A stretch of DNA of 64,000 bases, from assembly GCA_000004985.1 (NCBI GenBank), contig GG738894.1, one strand, 5' to 3'. Shown one piece after another: positions 55,044 through 64,000 of this stretch. How positions within the stretch are numbered: the stretch's first letter is position 1; every line of letters starts with the position of its first letter. The translations under genes and the position numbers were made by a program. Origin of the DNA: Naegleria gruberi. Taxonomy: Eukaryota. The notes beneath the pieces are model-generated. The model did not search any database, was not told the origin of the DNA, and saw nothing but the letters and a program-made list of their open reading frames with translations.

Positions 55044-55535
55044 ATGCAACAACAGCTTGATCAGCTCATCAACACTTGCACACCAAAGGATTTAACTTGG
55101 AAGAGCCCTGCTCTGTTCTTATCTCTTTTTTTATTCTCCAAATACTATCCATCATCAACAAAACAACATCCCTACACTACTCAAGATGTTGTAAAAGTTC
55201 CATTCCAAAATACTACAGTTTCCTATCAGAAGTTTATTACCACTTCCGAGGATGTCAGAATTATCAGATTTAAAGTTGATTCGGAACTTTCTTTAACTGA
55301 TGATCAAATATTCCAAGTATTATCATTGGAAATTCATCCATCGGAGAGATCTTTATACACGCTTAGTAAGCAATGGGGAAGAACTATTGTTGTTCAGAGG
55401 GAAATTCATCTTTCTAAACCAGTTTCTCCTTTAAAGAGATGTTTGAAAGTGGCAAGATTCGTTTTAGGAACTTTGGGTGTGCTCTATTCAGGTGTTTATG
55501 CTAAACAATTGATTGATTCAAGAAGAAACAATTAA
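55044..55535 (+). CDS. Small hypothetical protein with C-terminal TM segment (tail-anchored-like)
   Basis: 163-aa ORF. C-terminal hydrophobic helix VARFVLGTLGVLYSGVYAKQLI followed by basic RRNN. Confidence 0.4.
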   Translation: MQQQLDQLINTCTPKDLTWKSPALFLSLFLFSKYYPSSTKQHPYTTQDVVKVPFQNTTVSYQKFITTSEDVRIIRFKVDSELSLTDDQIFQVLSLEIHPSERSLYTLSKQWGRTIVVQREIHLSKPVSPLKRCLKVARFVLGTLGVLYSGVYAKQLIDSRRNN

Positions 55536-55638
55536 ATTGCAATTTTAATCGACATAAATCTCAATAAATTATAATCAATTTGTTAATAAATATTTGAATT
55601 CAATCTATTTGATATTAAATATTTAAATAATTCAACAA

Positions 55639-56616
55639 ATGATTGAAAAATCAAAATTTAAAAAAATGCTTTCACGTATTGGAAGAATTTCGCTCGGGGG
55701 AGCCTTTTCATCATGGAAGGTTAATAATTATCAACATCATGGAAAGATTTTGCGAAAGAATTTAATGATGAATAATTCTTCAATAATATTAAATAAGAAA
55801 CAATTTTCTACATGTTTAATTCCGAGAGTTAATGATTTGTCTAAATTTGAAACAGATATTCACAACTTCTTTTTAAAGAGGAATCAAATTATGGAGAATG
55901 AAAACTTGAAGCAACATTATGAAAGTGTTGTCTTGTCATTATTGGATTGTCCAACAGATATTAAATATAACAAATCTACATATTTTGTAGCTGGGTTTAT
56001 TATGGAATGCATTCAAATTTTGAATTTGGAAAAGGATCGTCAATATTTGCTATTGAAAGCTATTGATATTTTGAATGCTGGAAAATATACTACTGAAATG
56101 GAAATTAGTCAAAAGAATGCTCTCCTAGTGCAAATTGCTACCACATTACATGATGTAGATATGATGAAGAAGGCATTTGATAATTATTTCAAATTTATCA
56201 AGACACAATTAGTTGAATATAAAAAGACAAAGAAACCAATTCAAATAGCTTTGGATGATTTGGCTGTTGGTTTCAGTTGTGCTCCTCATGTTGGAGCCTA
56301 TGCTGAGATGGCTTTATTGGGAGATTTAATTGTTGATGTGTTTAATGCACCACATGTTTTGGAATTTTTCAATGATCAAGCTAATTCTGAACAACAAACT
56401 GATTATTCTGCAATTTACAAATTATTGAAAGCTTATCCAGTACCTAACGAACCAATTCAATCATTTGATATTTGTAAATTTAAACCAACTAGTTGTGTCT
56501 TCAAAATGCAATCCATGGTCTGTTCAATCAATTCCGATAAGGAAGAATCAATACCGAATGATTTTGATCCAATTCCATTAGATTCAGACCAATTATTGGA
56601 AATTCACCAATGGTAA
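55639..56616 (+). CDS. Hypothetical protein, N-terminus resembling a mitochondrial presequence; possible additional 3' exon at 56688..57071
   Basis: MIEKSKFKKMLSRIGRISLGGAFSSWKVNNYQHHGKILRK is basic, hydroxylated and non-acidic. The ORF ends at TAA overlapping a GTAAGT (56613-56618). A downstream acidic ORF (56688..57071) follows a ..TTGTCAG acceptor, but I could not make the frames join cleanly. Confidence 0.45.
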   Translation: MIEKSKFKKMLSRIGRISLGGAFSSWKVNNYQHHGKILRKNLMMNNSSIILNKKQFSTCLIPRVNDLSKFETDIHNFFLKRNQIMENENLKQHYESVVLSLLDCPTDIKYNKSTYFVAGFIMECIQILNLEKDRQYLLLKAIDILNAGKYTTEMEISQKNALLVQIATTLHDVDMMKKAFDNYFKFIKTQLVEYKKTKKPIQIALDDLAVGFSCAPHVGAYAEMALLGDLIVDVFNAPHVLEFFNDQANSEQQTDYSAIYKLLKAYPVPNEPIQSFDICKFKPTSCVFKMQSMVCSINSDKEESIPNDFDPIPLDSDQLLEIHQW

Positions 56617-57377
56617 GTTTTATTAAGGACATTTGAACCAACTCTCTACTTAGGGGTAACGTTGTTTTATGGTTCCATCACATTGTCTTGTCAGGTATCA
56701 TTGGAGACAATAAGATTTTCCTCTATGGTTATGCAGATATTGAAGGAATGGATGAAAAGAATAATGGATCTCCAACTACCAACAGTCTTCTCTCTCAAAT
56801 CAGTCAAGCCATAACTGATGAAGAAATGAAAACTAAAATTACCAAACTGTTGGAAGAAGGCAAAGAAACAGATGCTGAAACAGTTGAAAATTGCACACTC
56901 GAATCTCAATTCCAACTCGAATCAATAGATGATGATACTAATTCAGATACTGACATTACCCATTGGAAAGGCATTCACAAAAAGACCATCACTGAAAAAC
57001 GTACCAGTGGAGATGTTATTAGAATTATAACAACATATAGTGTTGATTTATCAATGGTTGAATTGAAATAAATTCATTCCTCTACAACATCTTAATATCC
57101 ATCTAATAGTATCCTCAATCAACTTAATAGATAACATTATCCAATTAATGAATGATAGCAGTCAAACATCAACAATTAATATCCATGCTCTTCATTTGGC
57201 AACAAAGACTTTTCATCTAAAAGCAAAGAGACAACAAAAAGTCGTCAATCGCATTTTAGCTTCACTGCAGACATCAAGTCGTCATCAGTTACATTTTCTC
57301 AACTGTCACTGAAAACATTTCACTCACATCAATAATCAAAAATCACAAACAAAAAAAAATACATCAACAACACACAA

Positions 57378-57839
57378 ATGCCAAAACTCACACAAGAACA
57401 ATTATCTGATGCTGAAGATGCCTTCAGATTATTCGACAAGGATAGTGACGGAAAGATCCCAATTGAGGAATTAGGTAAATTGATTAGAGTTTGTGGTAAA
57501 AATCCATCCAACAAGGATGTTGAAAAATGTTCTCAAGAAATTGATCCATCCAAGTTGGGATATTTCACATTCTCCCAATTGACTTCAATCTTGGAATCTA
57601 AAACATTTGTTGCTGACAATGAACAAAGAGTTAGAGAATGTTTCAAAATTTTCGATAGAGATGGAACTGGTTATGCTCCATTGACTGAAATTCGTTATGC
57701 TTTGGTCAATTTGGGAACTGGTTCTGATAACTTATCAAGTGAACAAGCTGATGAAATTTTCAAGAGTGCTGAAACTGATGATTCTGGTAATCTTAATTAT
57801 TCAATGTTTGTTAACTTTTTAATGCCATCTAAATTTTAA
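57378..57839 (+). CDS. EF-hand Ca2+-binding protein, myosin essential light chain/calmodulin-like (153 aa)
   Basis: EF-hand loops DKDSDGKIPIEE and DRDGTGYAPLTE. Overall length and layout (MPKLTQEQLSDAEDAFRLFD...) match myosin light chains. Confidence 0.8.
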   Translation: MPKLTQEQLSDAEDAFRLFDKDSDGKIPIEELGKLIRVCGKNPSNKDVEKCSQEIDPSKLGYFTFSQLTSILESKTFVADNEQRVRECFKIFDRDGTGYAPLTEIRYALVNLGTGSDNLSSEQADEIFKSAETDDSGNLNYSMFVNFLMPSKF

Positions 57840-58747
57840 ACAATATTGAGACTTGTATAAAACAAGTGCAATAAAAAACAACAATATGAATTTGTACAAT
57901 AGTTTTTTGATTATTTGTATTTGTATTTATGTTTATGTGTTTGTGTAGTGTGTTTTGTGAAAATATATATTAGCAAGACGGTGGAAAATAGAATATTAAA
58001 TATTTATGAAATGATGATAATATTGATGAATTATTGTAGTGGAAAGCCACTGATCGGAATTGTCCTGTACAGATAAATAATATGTATTCTGGTTATTTCG
58101 CACAGCTATTTATTGGGAAGAAATTGTACTCTCATTGTCATGACCTCTAGGATGACAGAATAGAAAACAAAAAGATGTGTAAAAATGAAAGAATTCAGTA
58201 TTTTGTTACCTCTAAAAACATTAACGCTCTGATCATTACAATGAAGGAAAGCAATGACCTCTATTCGAAAGAAGGTGGCCAACTACCTTCCTAAACAATG
58301 AACAAATTTTACAAAGTTTAAAATTTCCCAATATCATAAATCACTAGGTGAAACTACTTACTTGAGTTCAAACATTCAAGCTTCTTACAGTTGAATAAGT
58401 AGTTGGTAGATCAGATTTGAACATCTTTTCAAAGATTTTTAGGCGCATTGCTGATGGCATTTGTCTATCAATGTTTTAACAAAATTAAAAGCTTCACCGT
58501 ACAATTCATCAACCCAATTAGTTCAACTCTTTGGCAAGTTTCTTAAATTCTATGAATGCAATCAACACCTTTCAAATAACATAGACAGAATTGCCCATTC
58601 TATTAATACAACGAATTACACAATCACGATTAAACCATAAGCATGCAAACGCTTCTATTTTAGATTTGTGAAATCACGTTTCGTCTCTTTCTCATTCCCT
58701 TTTAAACTAATTAGAAACCTTGATTACAAGTCAAATATTAAAAAAAA

Positions 58748-60322
58748 ATGGGACAGTTTTCATCCAGTATTGCACCTCCACCAAGCAGAATATGTAGCAC
58801 ACCATCGGTAATTGACATTAAAAAACTTCTCCAAAAACCTCTCCACAAATTAACAAATCTCGAACTAGTTGTTTTGTGTAAACATTACAAATTCGAAAGT
58901 GAGAAAGTAAAACAAGCTCTGGAGAAGAATGCCAAATTTAATGGAGCAGATTATGATAAACTTTGTAAAATGAAAACAAAGGAAGAGATTGAAGTGGAGA
59001 AGGAAAGATTGATCGATGTTGTGAATAAGTATGTAAATGATGAAGGAGAATCCAAGTTCTTTGTTTATCAAGTTGTGATTGCAAAGTTTGAGGATGAGAG
59101 AAAGTTATTCTTCATGAAAGAAGACAAAAGTGTTTCATCAAATAGCGAATCTGAAAGTGAAGTGGATTCCAATAATCCAACCACTACAAGTACTTTCCTA
59201 AAGTTATGTAATAATAGTACTAGGCCATATGTTAACTCTGAATCTTCTGGTGTAGAGAATGAAAATCAAGAATATGATGTTCAAATTCCAATAGAAAGCT
59301 GGAGATTATCACAAGCCGAATTTAAAGGAGTTGAGCTAGCCAAGAAAAAGATTAGAGCATACCTTAAAGAATTCAACACTACACCAGAGAAGCTTGGATA
59401 TAGTGAAAGTTTAGATTTGGAAGCTCAAAGATATGTCTGTGAAGACAGATTCATGCATTTTCACTTTGTTCGTCCTACAATGAAGAAAAATTCAAGAATT
59501 GTTTCCAATATTCCAGCAGTTGTGAGCGTCAAGTTGTTGGTTTCATCTTTAAGAAAACACGAATTAACCAAGAAGGCAATGGCTACATTCGCAGACATTC
59601 TTAATGTAAATAATTATGGAGTTGTTCACACAGGAATCTTAATTGGAGAATGGAAAATTGAATGGTATGATAATTCATTGGTGAGAGTTGAGTGCGATTC
59701 TGACCAGAAACTTGATGCTAATAATACCATTGCAGCCATTGATATTGGAGAAATTGCTGGAGCTGACAATGTCAAGAAGGCATTCGAATTGATTACAAAA
59801 ATTTCATGCAATTACAATGCAACCAAGAATTATTCATTATTAGGGGCTAATTGCCAACATTTCGTTTCAGATTTATTAGAGGCATTGAATTTGACACTTC
59901 CAGTGAGTGAATCTTTCAAAATTTATTTTGACAAATTGAAAAGAGGAGAAACTGACAGAACTTTCTTTGTGAATGAAAATTTGGCAACATTATTTAAAAC
60001 ATGCAACATTACAAACCCTTATATTGGTTTGAAGAACATTACATTCGAGAATAGAAAATCGTTGGATGAATTTTGTCATTTTCTTGAACATATCAAATAT
60101 TTTGACATTGAGGCAGGTCAAAGTGATTTTTGGCTTTTGAAGGCATTTGATAGGTCATTTGTTTTGGTTGGGGAGGATGAAATTTGTCTTACTTTTGATT
60201 CTACAGGAGTCAAAGAGAATGGATTCTTCACAACTAATGGAGGAAGAGATCAAGATTCCATCACTCATATTAAGTACAGTGTTAAAGATGTTGATTTCAG
60301 TGATTGTGTATTAAAGAGGTAA
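58748..60322 (+). CDS. N-myristoylated hypothetical protein (524 aa)
   Basis: MGQFSSS (MGxxxS). Conserved N-terminal module KPLHKLTNLELVVLCKHYKFESEKV is shared with the truncated paralog at 60684. Confidence 0.55.
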   Translation: MGQFSSSIAPPPSRICSTPSVIDIKKLLQKPLHKLTNLELVVLCKHYKFESEKVKQALEKNAKFNGADYDKLCKMKTKEEIEVEKERLIDVVNKYVNDEGESKFFVYQVVIAKFEDERKLFFMKEDKSVSSNSESESEVDSNNPTTTSTFLKLCNNSTRPYVNSESSGVENENQEYDVQIPIESWRLSQAEFKGVELAKKKIRAYLKEFNTTPEKLGYSESLDLEAQRYVCEDRFMHFHFVRPTMKKNSRIVSNIPAVVSVKLLVSSLRKHELTKKAMATFADILNVNNYGVVHTGILIGEWKIEWYDNSLVRVECDSDQKLDANNTIAAIDIGEIAGADNVKKAFELITKISCNYNATKNYSLLGANCQHFVSDLLEALNLTLPVSESFKIYFDKLKRGETDRTFFVNENLATLFKTCNITNPYIGLKNITFENRKSLDEFCHFLEHIKYFDIEAGQSDFWLLKAFDRSFVLVGEDEICLTFDSTGVKENGFFTTNGGRDQDSITHIKYSVKDVDFSDCVLKR

Positions 60323-60454
60323 TAAATGATTGTTAGTGCCACTCTTTCAACAATTGCTCAATTACTTTGGTGATAAAAGAATAATTGAGCAATTGTTGTT
60401 AAGAATTTGTTATAGATAATAATATTTATAATTCAGATATTAAGGTGAATGAAT

Positions 60455-60571
60455 GGCTACGGCCATATCACGATGAATGCACCTCATCCCAACGATTTGA
60501 GAAGTTAAGCATCGTCGAGCCACATCAGTACTGAGGTTGGAGACAACTTGGGAACCTGTGGTGCTGTAGTC
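60455..60571 (+). rRNA. 5S ribosomal RNA gene
   Basis: GGCTACGGCCATATCACGATGAATGCACCTCATCCCAACGATTTGAGAAGTTAAGCATCGTCGAGCCACATCAGTACTGAGGTTGGAGACAACTTGGGAACCTGTGGTGCTGTAGTC aligns along its whole length to eukaryotic 5S: GyCTACGGCCATAyCAC...GAAGyTAAGC...AGTACT.GG.TGGGAGAC...TGGGAA...GGTGCTGTAG. Helix I ends are complementary. Followed by TTTTT (60572-60576). Confidence 0.85.
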
Positions 60572-60576
60572 TTTTT
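60572..60576 (+). terminator. Pol III T-run terminator of 5S gene
   Basis: TTTTT immediately after the 5S 3' end. Confidence 0.6.
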
Positions 60577-60683
60577 ATTCCATTTTCCTTGACCGTGGTT
60601 TCATTAGAATGCTCAAAAGGTCCGATCACGTTTAACGTGAAAAAGACAGCAGATGATCAAAATACATGATACAATCTAAAAAA

Positions 60684-60895
60684 ATGGGCAACACGTCAAG
60701 TATTATTAGATTCTCTGAAGAAATCAGTCCACCCAGTGATGAGATTGAAGAGGCAGAGGCAAAACCTCTTCGAGAATGTAGCAATAGGGACTTGTTTTGT
60801 TTATGTATTCATTACAATTTCAAGAACGATACTGTCATAAATGCTGTAACAATGAACAATGATTTTTATGGAAAGTTATTCGAAAGGTTGGTANN
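60684..60895 (+). CDS. 5' end of a paralog of the 58748 gene (N-myristoylated), truncated at the assembly gap/retroelement
   Basis: MGNTSSIIRFSEE...KPLRECSNRDLFCLCIHYNFKNDTVINAVTMNNDFYGKL aligns ungapped to KPLHKLTNLELVVLCKHYKFESEKVKQALEKNAKFNGADYDKL of the upstream gene (16/43 identical, same spacing of L, C, HY, F). Confidence 0.45.
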
Positions 60896-61503
60896 NNNNN
60901 NNNNNNNNNNNNNNNNNNNNNNNNNNNNNNNNNNNNNNNNNNNNNNNNNNNNNNNNNNNNNNNNNNNNNNNNNNNNNNNNNNNNNNNNNNNNNNNNNNNN
61001 NNNNNNNNNNNNNNNNNNNNNNNNNNNNNNNNNNNNNNNNNNNNNNNNNNNNNNNNNNNNNNNNNNNNNNNNNNNNNNNNNNNNNNNNNNNNNNNNNNNN
61101 NNNNNNNNNNNNNNNNNNNNNNNNNNNNNNNNNNNNNNNNNNNNNNNNNNNNNNNNNNNNNNNNNNNNNNNNNNNNNNNNNNNNNNNNNNNNNNNNNNNN
61201 NNNNNNNNNNNNNNNNNNNNNNNNNNNNNNNNNNNNNNNNNNNNNNNNNNNNNNNNNNNNNNNNNNNNNNNNNNNNNNNNNNNNNNNNNNNNNNNNNNNN
61301 NNNNNNNNNNNNNNNNNNNNNNNNNNNNNNNNNNNNNNNNNNNNNNNNNNNNNNNNNNNNNNNNNNNNNNNNNNNNNNNNNNNNNNNNNNNNNNNNNNNN
61401 NNNNNNNNNNNNNNNNNNNNNNNNNNNNNNNNNNNNNNNNNNNNNNNNNNNNNNNNNNNNNNNNNNNNNNNNNNNNNNNNNNNNNNNNNNNNNNNNNNNN
61501 NNN
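60896..61503. other. Assembly gap (608 N)
   Basis: Run of N. Confidence 0.99.
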
Positions 61504-63611
61504 TTACGAAAAGTAAATGGAGGAATAGATTCGAAACATTCAAAAATGGAAACTTTGCAAAAAGTTTCAAAGTTCATTCGGCAAGATTTTTGGGCAACCA
61601 AAATAGATTTAAAGAAAGGTTATTTTCAAATTCCAATCAAAGAAGAAGATCAGAAGCTATTAGGCTTCTCATTTCAAGGAAAGAAATACAAGTTCCAATG
61701 TCTTCCATTTGGCTTAAACTCGGCACCAAGGTACTTCACAAAAATCATGAAAGAATTAATGAAGAAATGGAGAGAGAAAGGGCTGATCGTATTCATATAC
61801 ATCGACGACATTTTAATTTTGGGATCCAATATAGTAGAAACAAAGACAGCAACAGAACAAGTGTTAAAAGATTTAGAATTCTTGGGTTGGCTGGTTCAGT
61901 TAGAAAAATCCCAACTAATCCCCTCACAACAAGTATGCTTTTTAGGGATAGATTTCAATTTGGAAAAAGGAACAATGCTGATTCCTCACGAAAAGAAAGA
62001 AGTTGCACTCAACTTTATTCAAGATTTTCTCCAAGCTGGAAAATTTCGAAAATTCGTTCGAATCAAACTGGTAGCTCAATTTATAGGAAAACTGGAATTC
62101 GCCTCATTAGCAGAACAATACATAATGCCTCTGTTAGACAGATTACGAAAGCAAATGAATCAAAGGGTTTCAGTAGTAGGATGGTCAGGTTTTATGCTCA
62201 TCAACAGAGGCCCCATGAAGGACCTAATGAGATTAAAGTCCATCATTTCAAACTCAAAAGGTTCTCTCCTAGATCTAAATCAACCTTTCCCAATTATAGT
62301 CAATTCAGATGCTTCTCCTCAAGGATATGGCGTCCACTCCTCAAACACTGTTATCATAGGAAGATTTCACACCAACGATCATATCAATTCGAAAGAAATG
62401 ATGGCAATTCTTCAATTCTTCATAGAAGCAAAATCACAAAAGCTCTTCCCAAGAGGAGCCTATTTCGAGATAAGGGGGGACAATTCAACTGCCCTCTCAT
62501 ACATAAGAAAAGGATATGGAACTTTCGAACACCTCGCTCAAATAGCAAGAAAAATTTGGAAAATTCTAATAGAATGTGGCTGGAGAATTGCAAAAGTAAT
62601 TTACATTCCCTCAGAGAAAAATTCAATCGCAGACAAATTAAGCCGTTTAAGCGATTGGAAATCATCACCAGAATTGATAAGTATGGTAGAAAAAGAATTC
62701 GGAAACCACACCATAGACAGATTTGCAACATCAGAGTCAGCAACAACGATCCAATTCAACTCTTGGTTAGAAAACGATGCGTTTCAAGAACTTTGGGAAC
62801 AAAATTCAATCAATTATTGTGTTCCTCCAATAGGTCTAATCCCACAAGCTCTATTTCACTTGATCCGATCAAAGGCCATAGGAACATTCGTAGTTCCTTA
62901 TTGGCCAACAGCTTACTGGTTCCCGATCTTGCTAAAGATATCTTTAGAACAGAGAAGTGTTCCGCTCCAATGGCTTATAACAGAGCATTACAACGAACTG
63001 CACAAACTATCAGACAATCTTTCGTTCATGGCAGTCAAAGTGAATGGAATGCTCTACTTTCAATGAGATGTCAGGCTTTGTCTACTGCTCTTGCAGAATC
63101 CACGGTCAAAAAGTATTCCTCAACTTATTCAGAATTTTCTTATTTCTGTCTACTCCATAATTTAGACAAATCAGATTTTAGAGCCCCGGAATTATTCGCT
63201 TGCTATCTTGCAGTTCACAAAAAGCTCTACAGATTGAATAATTTGAAACCTACGTTGGATTTCTATTCAAATTTGGAAGGATGGTCCGTAAATTATTCTA
63301 ATCAATTCTCTAGAATCAAACAAGGTTTGAATAAGTTTTATTCACGAGCCGATATTGTTAAACGTAAGAGAAGTGGAATCTCTGCTCTCAATGTCAAGCA
63401 ATTCATTGATAGGATCTCTATTAAAGACTCTTATCTTCACATGTTGTCTTGTGCCATACTTTCCGTTGGCATTAGATTATTGGCAAGACCTGGTCAACTG
63501 GCTAATTTATCATGGTCTTGTGTTAAACTTGATACTCCTTTTATCGGTTGGGTTACTTTTGATCTTTCTGGTCACAAAACAGACCAATATCTGACAGATG
63601 AAGATGGCTAG
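61504..63611 (+). mobile_element. DIRS-like (tyrosine-recombinase) retrotransposon, 5' end in gap, 3'-truncated: RT-RNaseH-(MT-like) ORF 61504..63066 plus overlapping ORF ending in the YR N-terminal region (about 63058..63611)
   Basis: RT motifs: LPFGLNSAPRYFTKIM; KGLIVFIYIDDILILG (YXDD). RNase H: IVNSDASPQGYGV ... SIADKLSR. Downstream DIRS-type domain: NYCVPPIGLIPQ...VVPYWPTAYWF. A second frame stays open across the whole RT region and ends with a YR-like box I (CAILSVGIRLLARPGQLANLSWSCV) before stopping at 63611. Long overlapping ORFs are the DIRS1-type arrangement. No integrase or protease motifs. Confidence 0.7.
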
Positions 63612-63705
63612 TTGCGAGGAACGATGCAACGTTAGTATTTCGACAAATTGTAAACAATAAAATTGAGTTGATAAATAATTTTTATGCTCAAAAAAATTAA
63701 GAAAC

Positions 63706-64000
63706 ATGGTAAACACACCAAGCAAAATCATTGCTGACACCCCTGGCAAAACAGTGACTGCTATTAGAAAAATTATTTCTGCTAGTAAGTCAGCTGACAG
63801 CGTTTCAACTTACAAGTCTGGATATATCCCAGCAATTGATGAAGGTAGTTCAGTGTCATCACAGACTAAACCTTTAGATAATAATCAAAGTGGTTCTGGA
63901 AATGACCCAGTTTCATCACAAACTAAACCCTTGGATAACAACCAAGGTGGTTCTGAAAAGAACCTAGATGCTATTCTTCACGCCATCACTTCATTGGGTG
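63706..64000 (+). CDS. Hypothetical repeat-containing protein, partial (runs off window end)
   Basis: ATG at 63706 (MVNTPSKIIADTPGK...) with duplicated SSQTKPLDNNQ(S/G)GS units. Open to the window end. Confidence 0.4.
   Translation, partial: MVNTPSKIIADTPGKTVTAIRKIISASKSADSVSTYKSGYIPAIDEGSSVSSQTKPLDNNQSGSGNDPVSSQTKPLDNNQGGSEKNLDAILHAITSLG

Noticed and set aside
58331-58404. Imperfect hairpin (AACTACTTA ... TAAGTAGTT) in the 900-bp spacer upstream of 58748
   Set aside because: Short A/T-rich stem with a long loop. No snRNA or snoRNA box motifs recognised. Probably fortuitous.
60666-63611. 981-aa ORF taken at face value as one protein
   Set aside because: Its central 2 kb is the alternate frame over the RT/RNaseH ORF and the N gap. 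Only the N-terminal about 70 aa (host-gene paralog) and the C-terminal about 180 aa (YR-like) look like genuine protein sequence. It is interpreted as a DIRS-type overlapping ORF plus gap artefact.

Overview
This window is an AT-rich (about 65-70% AT) eukaryotic nuclear scaffold, not prokaryotic. Evidence: short GT-AG spliceosomal introns (34-81 nt, mostly GTAAGT donors), an intron-containing tRNA, a dispersed 5S rRNA gene, a retroelement with a YXDD reverse transcriptase, and four N-run assembly gaps (9214-9263, 29839-29888, 43645-44235, 60896-61503). Gene density is high, roughly 30 protein-coding genes in 64 kb, mostly single-exon or with 1-2 introns. Codon usage and Q/N/S-rich low-complexity tracts fit an AT-rich free-living protist such as a dictyostelid-like amoebozoan or a heterolobosean. 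I cannot name the species from sequence alone.

Genes I can assign a function to:
- methionine aminopeptidase 2
- mitochondrial alternative oxidase
- translation initiation factor eIF2A
- a cellular (RNAi-type) RNA-dependent RNA polymerase with the DLDGD motif
- an EF-hand myosin-light-chain-like protein
- an N-myristoylated RGS protein
- a cathepsin-B-like papain-family homolog in which all three catalytic residues are substituted

Lineage-expanded families:
- at least five F-box proteins, fused to LRR, TPR, or a Rab-like pseudo-GTPase
- four loci of a DUF4116-like tandem-repeat family

The architecture I rate highest is a very large receptor on the minus strand (46158..50765). It combines a bulb-type-lectin domain, six EGF-like repeats, a GPS-like autoproteolysis motif, seven TM helices and a C-terminal RGS domain, i.e. 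an adhesion-GPCR-like/RGS fusion. A second unusual protein pairs a BRCT-like N-terminus with a P-loop NTPase.

Mobile and repeat content:
- a 3'-truncated DIRS-like tyrosine-recombinase retroelement with overlapping ORFs, lying immediately downstream of the 5S gene and abutting a truncated paralog of the neighbouring myristoylated-protein gene
- a DDE-integrase remnant next to a gap
- a 1-kb tandem array of near-identical 72/144-bp LRR-coding units carrying frameshifts
- a truncated duplicate of a gene 5' end

All functional calls come from motif-level reading of the translated ORFs. No database search was run.
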